This document shows, piece by piece, positions 29,707 to 37,870 of a DNA stretch of 64,000 nucleotides. The translations under genes were made by a program, and so were the position numbers. Position 1 is the stretch's first letter, and every line of letters starts with the position of its first letter. The notes under the pieces are model-generated. The model was not told the DNA's origin and searched no databases. It saw only the letters and a list, made by a program, of their open reading frames with translations. The DNA lies in assembly GCA_050292965.1 (NCBI GenBank), contig JBNKMF010000011.1, positions 5,010 to 69,009 on the forward strand. Reading direction: 5' to 3'. This DNA comes from Gammaproteobacteria bacterium (lineage in GTDB: Bacteria > Pseudomonadota > Gammaproteobacteria > GCA-001735895).

Positions 29707-31147
29707 CACGCCAATGAATGAAGCCTGTATCTGGATCATCGACGATGACCAGTCAATACGCTGGGTTCTGGAAAAAGCCTTAAAACAGTCCAACTACAAG
29801 GTTCATAGTTTCGAATCAGCATCAGTGGCGCTAACACGACTCAAACGACAACAAACCGATCAACCAGACACCATTATCACCGATGTGCGCATGCCGGGTA
29901 TCGACGGGTTTGAATTCATGAAGCAGGTACATAACTTCGACCCTGATCTGCCGATTATTATCATGACCGCTTATTCAGACCTCGACACCACCGTGCAGGC
30001 CTATCAGGAAGGCGCTTTTGAATACCTGTCAAAACCCTTTGATATCGATGAAGCCATAGCACTTGCAGCATCTGCAATTCAAAAACGATTCGAAACTTCG
30101 CCCAAGGCAACCAGCAACGAAATTACCAATGATATTATTGGCGACTCCCCCGCCATGCAGGAGGTTTTCCGGGTAATTGGTCGGCTATCACGCTCTAATA
30201 TCAGCGTATTGATTAATGGTGAGTCGGGCACTGGCAAGGAACTGGCTGCCCACGCCTTACATAAACATAGCCCACGCGCCACCCAGCCCTTCATTGCCAT
30301 CAACACTGCGGCCATCCCCAGTGAATTGCTAGAGTCAGAACTGTTTGGTCATGAAAAAGGGGCTTTTACCGGTGCTCAAGGCCAGCACAAGGGGCGCTTC
30401 GAACAGGCAGACGGTGGCACGCTATTTCTAGATGAAATCGGCGATATGCCGATGGAACTACAAACCCGCCTGTTACGCGTACTAGCTGAAGGTGAGTTCT
30501 TTCGAGTTGGCGGCATCACCTCGATAAAATCCGATGTTCGCATTATTGCAGCAACCCATCAGAACCTGAAGGAGCTGGTCATACAAGGGCGTTTCAGAGA
30601 AGATCTATACCACCGTCTGAATGTCATCAAAATCCATCTACCGGCTTTACGAGAGCGAAAAGAAGATATACCGCTACTACTCAGTCATTTCATGCATCAA
30701 TGCGCTTTAGAGCTTAACGAAGCGCCAAAAAATTTAAGCAAAGAGGTCGTTCAATACCTGAGCAATTATGAGTGGAGCGGAAACGTACGCCAATTAGAGA
30801 ACACCTGCCGATGGTTCAGCGTCATGGCTACAGGTAATACCATTAACATGTCCGACCTGCCGGAAGAATTACAGAACGTATCAGCAGGCACAGCAACCGA
30901 TACCGAATCCCCCACGCCACAATATAGCGACCAAAACAGCTGGTCCGACCAGCTTTATCAGTGGACCCGATTGCATATTAATGCGGGTGAAACGGATATT
31001 TTATCGCAGGCATTACCGCAATTTGAAAAAACACTGCTTGAATGTGCGCTTGAGAAAACAGGAGGTCGAAAGATAGAAGCCGCTAAAATTCTGGGTTGGG
31101 GCAGAAATACTTTAACCCGAAAATTAAAAGAACTATACACCGACTAA
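29699..31147 (+). CDS. ntrC: Nitrogen-regulation sigma54 activator NtrC
   Basis: Receiver domain, AAA+ domain (GESGTGKE, GAFTGA), C-terminal Fis-type HTH. Overlaps ntrB. Confidence 0.9.
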   Translation: MSNTPMNEACIWIIDDDQSIRWVLEKALKQSNYKVHSFESASVALTRLKRQQTDQPDTIITDVRMPGIDGFEFMKQVHNFDPDLPIIIMTAYSDLDTTVQAYQEGAFEYLSKPFDIDEAIALAASAIQKRFETSPKATSNEITNDIIGDSPAMQEVFRVIGRLSRSNISVLINGESGTGKELAAHALHKHSPRATQPFIAINTAAIPSELLESELFGHEKGAFTGAQGQHKGRFEQADGGTLFLDEIGDMPMELQTRLLRVLAEGEFFRVGGITSIKSDVRIIAATHQNLKELVIQGRFREDLYHRLNVIKIHLPALRERKEDIPLLLSHFMHQCALELNEAPKNLSKEVVQYLSNYEWSGNVRQLENTCRWFSVMATGNTINMSDLPEELQNVSAGTATDTESPTPQYSDQNSWSDQLYQWTRLHINAGETDILSQALPQFEKTLLECALEKTGGRKIEAAKILGWGRNTLTRKLKELYTD

Positions 31148-31155
31148 GCCGAAAA

Positions 31156-31887
31156 CTACTCGGTTTCGGTTTCAGAGATGCAACTCATATAGGCCTGTTC
31201 CAGTGTATTGGTTTGATAACGATTAATACACTCGGCAGGCGTACCATCAAACACAATCCTGCCCTGATGCAGAATCCCAAAGCGATCACAAATCTCTTCC
31301 GCATCGGCCAGCAAATGAGTACTGTAGAAGATGGTTCTGTTGTACTCCCGCTCCTGTTTCAATAGTTGTTTGAAACTAAAACGCGCACCAGGATCCAGAC
31401 CGCTTAAGGGTTCATCCAGAATTACCATAGAACTATCCAGCATAAAACAACTCACCAGCCCGAGCTTTTGCAGCATACCCTTGGAATAATCACCAATCTT
31501 ATGGTCAAGTCGAGAATAATCGAGACAGAGTGCATCACATAAAGTGATCACTCGTTCCTGACTGAGCTTTTTCTGATACATCCCGTATATAAACCTGAGA
31601 TATTGCCAACCGGTCACTTCTTTGATGATATTGAATTTTTCGGGCAGATAGGCGATTACATTACGTGAAGATAGATTACGGTTAGACTGACCATCGATGT
31701 AAATCACACCACGTTGTACACCTCGAATAAGGTCCAGGATAATTTTAATCAGGGTAGATTTACCAGCACCATTTTCACCAGCTAGCGCATAATACTGACC
31801 CGCCGGAACATTAAGGTGAAGATCATCCAGTATCAATGCATTTCCAATCCGGTAACTTAGCTCATTTATCTCCAACATTTCAAGCAC
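31156..31887 (-). CDS. ABC transporter ATP-binding protein (ABC-2 exporter type)
   Basis: Walker A GENGAGKST, signature YSKGMLQKL, Walker B MVILDEP. Confidence 0.85.
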   Translation of the reverse strand: MLEMLEINELSYRIGNALILDDLHLNVPAGQYYALAGENGAGKSTLIKIILDLIRGVQRGVIYIDGQSNRNLSSRNVIAYLPEKFNIIKEVTGWQYLRFIYGMYQKKLSQERVITLCDALCLDYSRLDHKIGDYSKGMLQKLGLVSCFMLDSSMVILDEPLSGLDPGARFSFKQLLKQEREYNRTIFYSTHLLADAEEICDRFGILHQGRIVFDGTPAECINRYQTNTLEQAYMSCISETETE

Positions 31888-31967
31888 TCAAAATAGTAAC
31901 TCTAACGACTAAACCCTATCAGTTTCACCCGTGCAAAACTAATTAAATATATCTTTTTATCCTGATT

Positions 31968-31995
31968 AAAAAAAAGCCTGATTATCAGGCCTTTT
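31968..31995 (-). terminator. Terminator after pilin-like gene B
   Basis: The minus strand reads GCCTGA-TAA-TCAGGC followed by a T8 run. Confidence 0.7.
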
Positions 31996-32017
31996 GGTTT
32001 TCTAAATCAAAATATGG

Positions 32018-32677
32018 CTACAAACGGAATGCCATATTATATCTTTTAGCATCGGCATAAGTTGTGCCAGCAGAAGATGTAGTCTTTTTATCCATCTTAA
32101 CACCTGCTTTATTTTCATTAGACTGAATTCGTCCAGCAGAGGGATTCCCATCATCCAGACGCCCTTCAATAATCTTGGCAATCGGTCCCTCAATAGCTCC
32201 AAAAATCGTCACATGCCCGGCAATAGCTAAAGAACCATCCTGAACACCAATTTGCCCACCATAAGCATTTGTAGGCCTGGTTGAATCTTTTGCACCACCA
32301 GGAATCAGCCCAGCCGCTCTCAAATGCCCGAAAAATTTTAAAGTTTCCTGTTTCCCATCTTCCCAGCTAACTACTGCTGCATTCCAATCTGTACCAGCAC
32401 CAATAGTGCCATTACCCTCTCCATTAGGATTATCTGAAGAATCATAAGCATTAAAGCGACCCAGTGCACCACTATCATCACCCGGCAACTGAAGATACCG
32501 ATCCTGATAGGAAAACATTGCGGCAGCTATACCAGCATTATCAGATTCAATCCGCTTCAGCTTGGCGTTGGTGATCATTTCCTGCCCTTTTAGTACGCCA
32601 CCAATCAACAGACCAACAATAACCAGCACTATGGCGATTTCCACCAGGGTAAAACCTTTATTTGTTTGAATTTTCAT
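32018..32677 (-). CDS. Prepilin-type N-terminal methylation-domain protein, cysteine-free, candidate major subunit (copy B)
   Basis: Start at the ATG at 32677 (GGAGG upstream). Short leader MKIQTNKG/FTLVEIAIVLVIVGLLIGG with Glu5. No Cys. Has its own sigma54 promoter and terminator. Confidence 0.75.
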   Translation of the reverse strand: MKIQTNKGFTLVEIAIVLVIVGLLIGGVLKGQEMITNAKLKRIESDNAGIAAAMFSYQDRYLQLPGDDSGALGRFNAYDSSDNPNGEGNGTIGAGTDWNAAVVSWEDGKQETLKFFGHLRAAGLIPGGAKDSTRPTNAYGGQIGVQDGSLAIAGHVTIFGAIEGPIAKIIEGRLDDGNPSAGRIQSNENKAGVKMDKKTTSSAGTTYADAKRYNMAFRL

Positions 32678-32706
32678 ATAATCCTCCATTTTTCACGTTG
32701 CTAACC

Positions 32707-32724
32707 AAGCATTAAATATGCCAA
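32707..32724 (-). promoter_or_regulatory. Sigma54 (-24/-12) promoter of pilin-like gene B
   Basis: The minus strand reads TTGGCATATTTAATGCTT. GG and GC sit at the canonical spacing, about 30 nt upstream of the ATG. Confidence 0.55.
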
Positions 32725-32781
32725 ATCAGGCATTCCCTTATTCATCTAACCTATTGTCCGCACTTTTGTTCTCAACTGAGA

Positions 32782-32905
32782 TTACTGTCGATCACTCAAC
32801 ATCGACTGTTGAATTTTCAACAGTCTTGACTGTAAAAAGCTTATTTCATTATCACAAACCAATACCTGGCTCAGCGAAGATGCGTGGGGGGACAAAATTA
32901 CGCTG
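32782..32905 (-). pseudogene. Duplicated 3-prime fragment of the 243-aa gene (34619..35350)
   Basis: Encodes …DNEISFLQSRLLKIQQSMLSDRQ*, against …DNDEIRFLQSRLLKIQQQMLSGRQ* in the intact gene. Nucleotide similarity fades upstream. Confidence 0.7.
32806..32833. promoter_or_regulatory. Candidate enhancer (UAS) palindromes upstream of the pilin B promoter
   Basis: CTGTTGAA-TT-TTCAACAG overlaps ACAGTC-TT-GACTGT. Same sequence and same distance (about 92 nt from the -24 element) as at 34643-34670. Confidence 0.35.
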
Positions 32906-32924
32906 ACTGAAAATTTTAAGAGCC

Positions 32925-33225
32925 ATATACCGACAAAGCAGAAACTGTTTCGGAAGCTGGATGGCTTATGCAACACCTGTAGGCCTGCTCTAGCGTATCG
33001 ACCTGAAAGTGCTGGATGCATTCATCCGGTATTCCATCAAATACTATCTTCTCTGATGTAGAATTGCTAAGTACCCACAGATCTCATCCGCATCAACCAG
33101 TATATGAGGTCAATAGAAAATCGTACGCCTTGATTCACGCTCCCGCTTCAGTAACCGCTTGAAGCTATAACGAGCATCAGGATCAATCCCACTTAAGGGT
33201 TCATCAAGTATCATGAATGGCATGC
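32925..33225 (-). pseudogene. Decayed 3-prime third of a duplicated ABC ATPase gene, truncated by the MITE
   Basis: Collinear nucleotide similarity to 31160-31430 (for example …GGATCAATCCCACTTAAGGGTTCATCAAG against GGATCCAGACCGCTTAAGGGTTCATCCAG). Ends at the MITE terminus at 33231. Confidence 0.7.
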
Positions 33226-33330
33226 TTTAACCTGGAATCAGCAGTAGGACGTGTTGTAGTGCGTTTGTGGTGGTGTAGATCAAGGCGTGACGACGCGGAA
33301 TAGCGAACTATTCCAGAGAGTTACAAAGCT

Positions 33331-33468
33331 CCCGCGTCCTGCTCACGCCCCTTACCTATGTCCCTATTGGCAAGGCTTCCGCGTCCTGCTCACGCCCCTT
33401 GCCTATGTCCCTATTGGCAAGGCTTCCGCGTCCTGCTCACGCCCCTTGCCTATGTCCCTATAGGCAAC
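33331..33468. repeat. 47-bp tandem repeat, about 2.9 copies, inside the MITE
   Basis: The unit TCCGCGTCCTGCTCACGCCCCTTGCCTATGTCCCTATTGGCAAGGCT starts at 33331, 33378 and 33425. Confidence 0.85.
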
Positions 33469-33525
33469 GCTGAGATACACCGCCTCAAACGTGCAATTCA
33501 GCTCGTAACGGGATTCACCTTCAGG

Positions 33526-33620
33526 GTTTTCAGCATGGATGCTGTTATTTCGCGAATGCATGGACGCATAGGAGCGTTTTCAGCATGGACGCTGTTATTT
33601 CGCGAATGCATGGACGCCTA
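33526..33620. repeat. 50-bp tandem repeat, about 1.9 copies, inside the MITE
   Basis: The unit GTTTTCAGCATGGATGCTGTTATTTCGCGAATGCATGGACGCATAGGAGC starts at 33526 and 33576. A single related unit is present at about 25213-25255. Confidence 0.8.
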
Positions 33621-33807
33621 CATGGACGTAGGCGTTAGAGCGAAGCAGGAGGCCAGAGCCGATGCATAGGAGCGGGAAAAGATAAATAGACTGTAGTGAT
33701 TAACGAAACAGTGGGTTACCTTATAATGCGAGCGGTCAACTGCGTAATACAGGTTTAACAGAAAACTAACCGCGAGACTTGCTAAACACAAGTTAAAGAC
33801 ATCAATT

Positions 33808-33840
33808 AAAAAAAGGCCTGAACACAGGCCTTTTTATTTT
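33808..33840 (-). terminator. Terminator after pilin-like gene A
   Basis: AGGCCTG-AACA-CAGGCCT with A/T runs on both sides. The minus strand reads a stem followed by T7. Confidence 0.7.
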
Positions 33841-33862
33841 ATCTCAACTTAAACAGGAAATA

Positions 33863-34513
33863 TTATAAACGAAAAGCCATATCATACCGCTTGGCGTCAT
33901 CATAAGCTGTAGCAGCAGTTCCTCCACTATCCATAGACTGTTTGGATTCAGCAGATTGAATTCTTCCACCATCCGGCTTCTGATCATCCAGACGTCCTTC
34001 AATAATCTTGGCAATAGGCCCCTCAATCGCTCCGAATATGGTTACATGACCGGATATCTGAAGAGAACCATCCTGGATACCTATTTGCCCGCCATATGCA
34101 TTGGTTGGTCTGGTCGAATCATTAGCACCACCAGGAATAAGACCAGCAGCTCTCAGATGACCGAAGAACTTTAATGTTTCCTGAGTATTCCCTTTAACCC
34201 AAGCAGTAGAAGTGTCCTCATCCCAGTCTTTACCATCACCAATAGTTCCGTCGCCACCGCCATTAGCTGTATCTGTTGTATAAGCATTAAATCTATCTTT
34301 AGCTCCACTATCATCACCCGGTAATTGTAGGTAACGATCCTGATAAGAGAACATGGCAGCAGCAATACCGGCATTATCCGATTCAATCCGCTTCAGTTTG
34401 GCATTGGTGATCATTTCCTGCCCTTTCAGCACACCACCAATCAACAGGCCAACAATAACCAGTACTATAGCGATTTCTACCAGGGTAAAACCTTTATTTG
34501 TTTGAACTTTCAT
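33863..34513 (-). CDS. Prepilin-type N-terminal methylation-domain protein, cysteine-free, candidate major subunit (copy A)
   Basis: Start at the ATG at 34513 (GGAG upstream; the ORF track starts at an upstream TTG). MKVQTNKG/FTLVEIAIVLVIVGLLIGG. No Cys. Confidence 0.75.
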   Translation of the reverse strand: MKVQTNKGFTLVEIAIVLVIVGLLIGGVLKGQEMITNAKLKRIESDNAGIAAAMFSYQDRYLQLPGDDSGAKDRFNAYTTDTANGGGDGTIGDGKDWDEDTSTAWVKGNTQETLKFFGHLRAAGLIPGGANDSTRPTNAYGGQIGIQDGSLQISGHVTIFGAIEGPIAKIIEGRLDDQKPDGGRIQSAESKQSMDSGGTAATAYDDAKRYDMAFRL

Positions 34514-34542
34514 ATCTTTCTCCAATTACTATGCAATTAAAA

Positions 34543-34560
34543 AAGCATTAAATGTGCCAA
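34543..34560 (-). promoter_or_regulatory. Sigma54 (-24/-12) promoter of pilin-like gene A
   Basis: The minus strand reads TTGGCACATTTAATGCTT, a good match to TGGCAC-N5-TTGCW with correct GG/GC spacing. Confidence 0.6.
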
Positions 34561-34618
34561 AGTAAATATTTACAGAGAAAACAAACATGTGAAATAGTTC
34601 TTTTTTTATGAAGCGAGT

Positions 34619-35350
34619 TTACTGTCGACCACTCAACATCTGCTGTTGAATTTTCAACAGTCTGGACTGTAAAAACCGTATCTCATCATTATCGGTAATC
34701 GATCCACTTTGCAGCATAGAGGAGATTAAAATCTGCGCGGATTCAAGTTCATTCAGCTCGTCGAGCAATATTATTTTCATGTCTCTGGCCCAGAATGGCA
34801 AGGTAATTGAATCTGGCAGAGCAGCAACCTTAGAGGCTAATTTTAGCGCCAGATCAAGATCATTTAACCGGTGTTTGGCCAGTAGACAGGCTTCGGTCAT
34901 ACGTCGCCAGTGCAACGCTGGGGCTTGCTCAAACAATTGATCAATAACATCGATAATCATCCTTATCTTTTCTGGGTCATCCACCTGGCTATACACTCTT
35001 GCCGCCAGAAAAGCCGGGTAATCTGACTGCTGATTCAGTTGCGACAGGGTCAGTAGCCATTGCCCCAGAGTTTTGTAATCAAGATTTTTATAGTTTTCAT
35101 GTCGGCCACGCTGATTATCATGCAACTGAACTTTAAACATTAACAGGTAACTCCACAGATCTTCAGAACCTTGCGTCAGCGAACGATAGAAATCTATTTC
35201 AAGTGGTGACTTGAGATGTTCAAAATCTCGTTGCAAGGATGATTTTAAATAAATCTGGTGGGTAACCTGAACTACGAATGCCAATAAAAATCCGACCAAC
35301 AGGATACGTGGCAGTTGCTGCAGACCTCTTTCGTTTGACTGAGTGATCAT
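34619..35350 (-). CDS. Membrane-anchored all-helical protein of unknown function
   Basis: One N-terminal TM helix (ILLVGFLLAFVVQV) followed by a helical-repeat-like domain. Lies between the ABC-2 permease and pilin A. Confidence 0.5.
   Translation of the reverse strand: MITQSNERGLQQLPRILLVGFLLAFVVQVTHQIYLKSSLQRDFEHLKSPLEIDFYRSLTQGSEDLWSYLLMFKVQLHDNQRGRHENYKNLDYKTLGQWLLTLSQLNQQSDYPAFLAARVYSQVDDPEKIRMIIDVIDQLFEQAPALHWRRMTEACLLAKHRLNDLDLALKLASKVAALPDSITLPFWARDMKIILLDELNELESAQILISSMLQSGSITDNDEIRFLQSRLLKIQQQMLSGRQ
34643..34670. promoter_or_regulatory. Candidate enhancer (UAS) palindromes upstream of the pilin A promoter, inside the 3-prime end of the 243-aa gene
   Basis: CTGTTGAA-TT-TTCAACAG (34643-34660) overlaps ACAGTC-TG-GACTGT (34657-34670). 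Confidence 0.35.
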
Positions 35351-35373
35351 GAATTTTCCATCCAGCTAAAAAC

Positions 35374-36153
35374 TCAACTTCTTATTTCCTTGCGATAAAA
35401 ATCAACCAGTATCACAAGAAAAATAAATAAGCCATACACCATTAATGAAGAAGTTTGTGTAAACAGCAAATGCAAGAAATCAGAAGATTCGAACAGTGCA
35501 TTATTCTGGGCAAAAACCGACATATCAGGCAACACAAAAGAGATGCCCTGCATCATCATATTCCCGAGTTGAAAACCGGTTTCATCCTGATAATACATAG
35601 ATGACTTATTAAATATATAGTTGATCAAAGGCACCAGTTTTGAAAACAGATAAACCACGAAGCTAAAAACCAAAGCTATTGGCAGTTTTTCCAGGCTCAA
35701 GGCTGCCAATATCGAAAACAGCCCCACCAGGATCAATTCAAGAAAAACAGCTGTTGACCAGTACACAGCAATAGCGCCGTCTGCAGTAAAAAACAGCAAT
35801 AGAAAGACCACTAAATTCATAGCCAATGCAAACACCAGCACAACAAAAAACTCGGCCAGCACATATTGCCAACGAGCGATAGGCATAGCCAGCAATCGGT
35901 TAAACTGGCCCAGCTCATAATCCTGACTAATTTGATGACAAACGCTGATCATCAAAAACAGCACCAGGCTATAACGAAGAAACTCTGCCAACACTGCAAG
36001 ACCAATAACATCGCTATTGATAATAGCCAGCTCTGCTGAAAAACGGCTCAATAAAAAAGAGGCTAAATATATACTGCAAAAAACAATCATGTTTTTTGTA
36101 TTTATAAGGCTCAGCAACTGATACCTGAACAATGCTATAGTTTGTGAAAACAT
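35374..36153 (-). CDS. ABC-2-family transporter permease
   Basis: Six TM helices and an ABC-2-like QDYELGQFNRLLAMPIARWQYVLAEF loop after TM2. Confidence 0.6.
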   Translation of the reverse strand: MFSQTIALFRYQLLSLINTKNMIVFCSIYLASFLLSRFSAELAIINSDVIGLAVLAEFLRYSLVLFLMISVCHQISQDYELGQFNRLLAMPIARWQYVLAEFFVVLVFALAMNLVVFLLLFFTADGAIAVYWSTAVFLELILVGLFSILAALSLEKLPIALVFSFVVYLFSKLVPLINYIFNKSSMYYQDETGFQLGNMMMQGISFVLPDMSVFAQNNALFESSDFLHLLFTQTSSLMVYGLFIFLVILVDFYRKEIRS

Positions 36154-36186
36154 TTATAACGCCTAATTTTCGTCCGACAACATGAA

Positions 36187-37869
36187 ATGAAACTGGTTAA
36201 ACTTCTAATACAGCTAGAACAGCAGATACTCGCAACAATTTTACTTTTACTGCATGGCCTCACATGGAACTTTACAGATAAGTTTATCTATTTTTCCATG
36301 GTGCTTGTACTTTATGGACTGTTTTTTTTGTGGCAACCCTTATGGGGCAAAGATACCAAAATAAGCACCACCCGGTCCTTCATTATCATAATTTTATTAC
36401 TGACTTTCAGTTACTTTTATCATAATGAATCACTAATTTTGTTCTGTCTGATTGTTTCTGGCCTAATAGGTAGCAGGCTATTTAGTCACAATACCTCAAG
36501 AGCCTTCGATTTGCTCGCTATCTCTATTCTGATCATTGAAATGGCCATAGGCATTATCCCGAATACCTTTGCGCAAATTAATCTTCCCGTTCAATTTACC
36601 TCGTTAATCCAATCCCTGATATTAATTCCCATCCTGGGATTTTTCTTTGCCCCTAGCCCTGATAGAGCACAGCAACCACGCAGTCAGATTGACTTTATGC
36701 ATGGTCTGCTAACCGCCACTTTAATCTTCATCGCCTTACTGGGTGGTATAGTTATCAATTTATTATACGGTGTTGACTACCTGGACGGCCTGCTTTTAAC
36801 GGTTTTCATTGTATCAACACTTTCAATCGGTATAAGCTGGTTCTGGAACCCGGGCGTTGGTTATTCAGGTCTGGGGGTGCTCTGGAACCGTTATGCAATG
36901 ACTATTGGAGGGCCTTTTGAAACCTGGATAAACACCTTAACTACGCTGATTGAAGAGTCCTATATATCAGCATCCGAGTTCCTGCAAGCTGCCTGTGAAC
37001 ACTTAATTGAGAATGACTGGCTAAACGGTATTCAGTGGCAATTCAAAGGCTTTACCATAGCATCAGGTTCCAGAAGAGGTGCCATATTCCATCACAAATT
37101 AACTGAACAAATACTGGTCACCATATACTTTAAATCAGACCCAGGAAAAGCATTACGACAGCATACCATTCTATTAATTCGTATGGCTTATCAATTTTAT
37201 CTTGCTAAATTGAATCAGGATAAAATGAGAGCCCAGGAGCATTTTGAAACCATTCACCACACCGGTGCCCGATTGACGCATGACATAAAAAATATCCTTC
37301 AATCCATTAAAACATCAATCGATATCGTGCAGGCCACTCCTGATGACAAAAAACAGAAATCCAATAAGCTACTCAGACAAAACCTCGATCGAATCAGCAG
37401 TCGACTCGAATCTACCCTTGATAAGCTAAAGTCACCCGAAATATCAACATCCATTAGAATCATCAGTCTCGAAGAATGGGTTAGACGATTTCAGTCAGAA
37501 CATGCCTACCCCTGGTTAACAGTAAACCAGGACATCAGTCTTAACCATGCAGTCCCATGCGAGTTATTTGATAGCGTCATCAGTAATCTGATATCGAACA
37601 CCCAGAATAAAAAAAATGTAAGCAGGGTAATCATTGATATCACCGCAAATAGTGAAATGATTGTTGTTACCGTATGTGATAATGGTGAACAAATGAATCC
37701 TGACCTGGAAAGTAATATTTTTATAAAGCCAATATCGTCAGGAGAAGGGATGGGTATAGGTCTTTATCAATCAGCCATTATGGCAAGATCTTTTAACTTT
37801 GAGCTGGAGCTTGCGAATAATGAAAATGGCAGGGTTTGCTTTAGTTTATTTCAGCATTTAGGTGAATAG
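36187..37869 (+). CDS. Polytopic sensor histidine kinase (possibly PrsK-like)
   Basis: About 7 N-terminal TM helices and a linker domain. H-box ARLTHDIKNILQSI, N-box LISNLISNTQN, G-boxes DNGEQM and GEGMGIGLYQS. Confidence 0.8.
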   Translation: MKLVKLLIQLEQQILATILLLLHGLTWNFTDKFIYFSMVLVLYGLFFLWQPLWGKDTKISTTRSFIIIILLLTFSYFYHNESLILFCLIVSGLIGSRLFSHNTSRAFDLLAISILIIEMAIGIIPNTFAQINLPVQFTSLIQSLILIPILGFFFAPSPDRAQQPRSQIDFMHGLLTATLIFIALLGGIVINLLYGVDYLDGLLLTVFIVSTLSIGISWFWNPGVGYSGLGVLWNRYAMTIGGPFETWINTLTTLIEESYISASEFLQAACEHLIENDWLNGIQWQFKGFTIASGSRRGAIFHHKLTEQILVTIYFKSDPGKALRQHTILLIRMAYQFYLAKLNQDKMRAQEHFETIHHTGARLTHDIKNILQSIKTSIDIVQATPDDKKQKSNKLLRQNLDRISSRLESTLDKLKSPEISTSIRIISLEEWVRRFQSEHAYPWLTVNQDISLNHAVPCELFDSVISNLISNTQNKKNVSRVIIDITANSEMIVVTVCDNGEQMNPDLESNIFIKPISSGEGMGIGLYQSAIMARSFNFELELANNENGRVCFSLFQHLGE

Positions 37870-37870
37870 A

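Larger units (their letters stand above)
33231..33753. mobile_element. MITE, 523 bp, expanded copy
   Basis: Termini CCTGGAATCAGCAGTAGGACG and reverse-complement CCTGTATTACGCAGTTGACCG. Perfect TTTAA direct repeats at 33226-33230 and 33754-33758. Confidence 0.8.

Noticed and set aside
33331-33468. Possible CRISPR array (regularly spaced repeats)
   Set aside because: The 47-bp units are directly adjacent with no unique spacers, there are only about 3 copies, they sit inside a MITE, and no cas genes are in the window.
33358-33669. 103-codon ORF (also 25263..25460 and 25278..25487) lying entirely inside MITE copies
   Set aside because: The frame is created by tandem 47-bp and 50-bp repeats, giving repetitive, low-complexity translations. 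There is no ribosome-binding site. The element interiors differ by indels between copies, so these are very unlikely to be genes.
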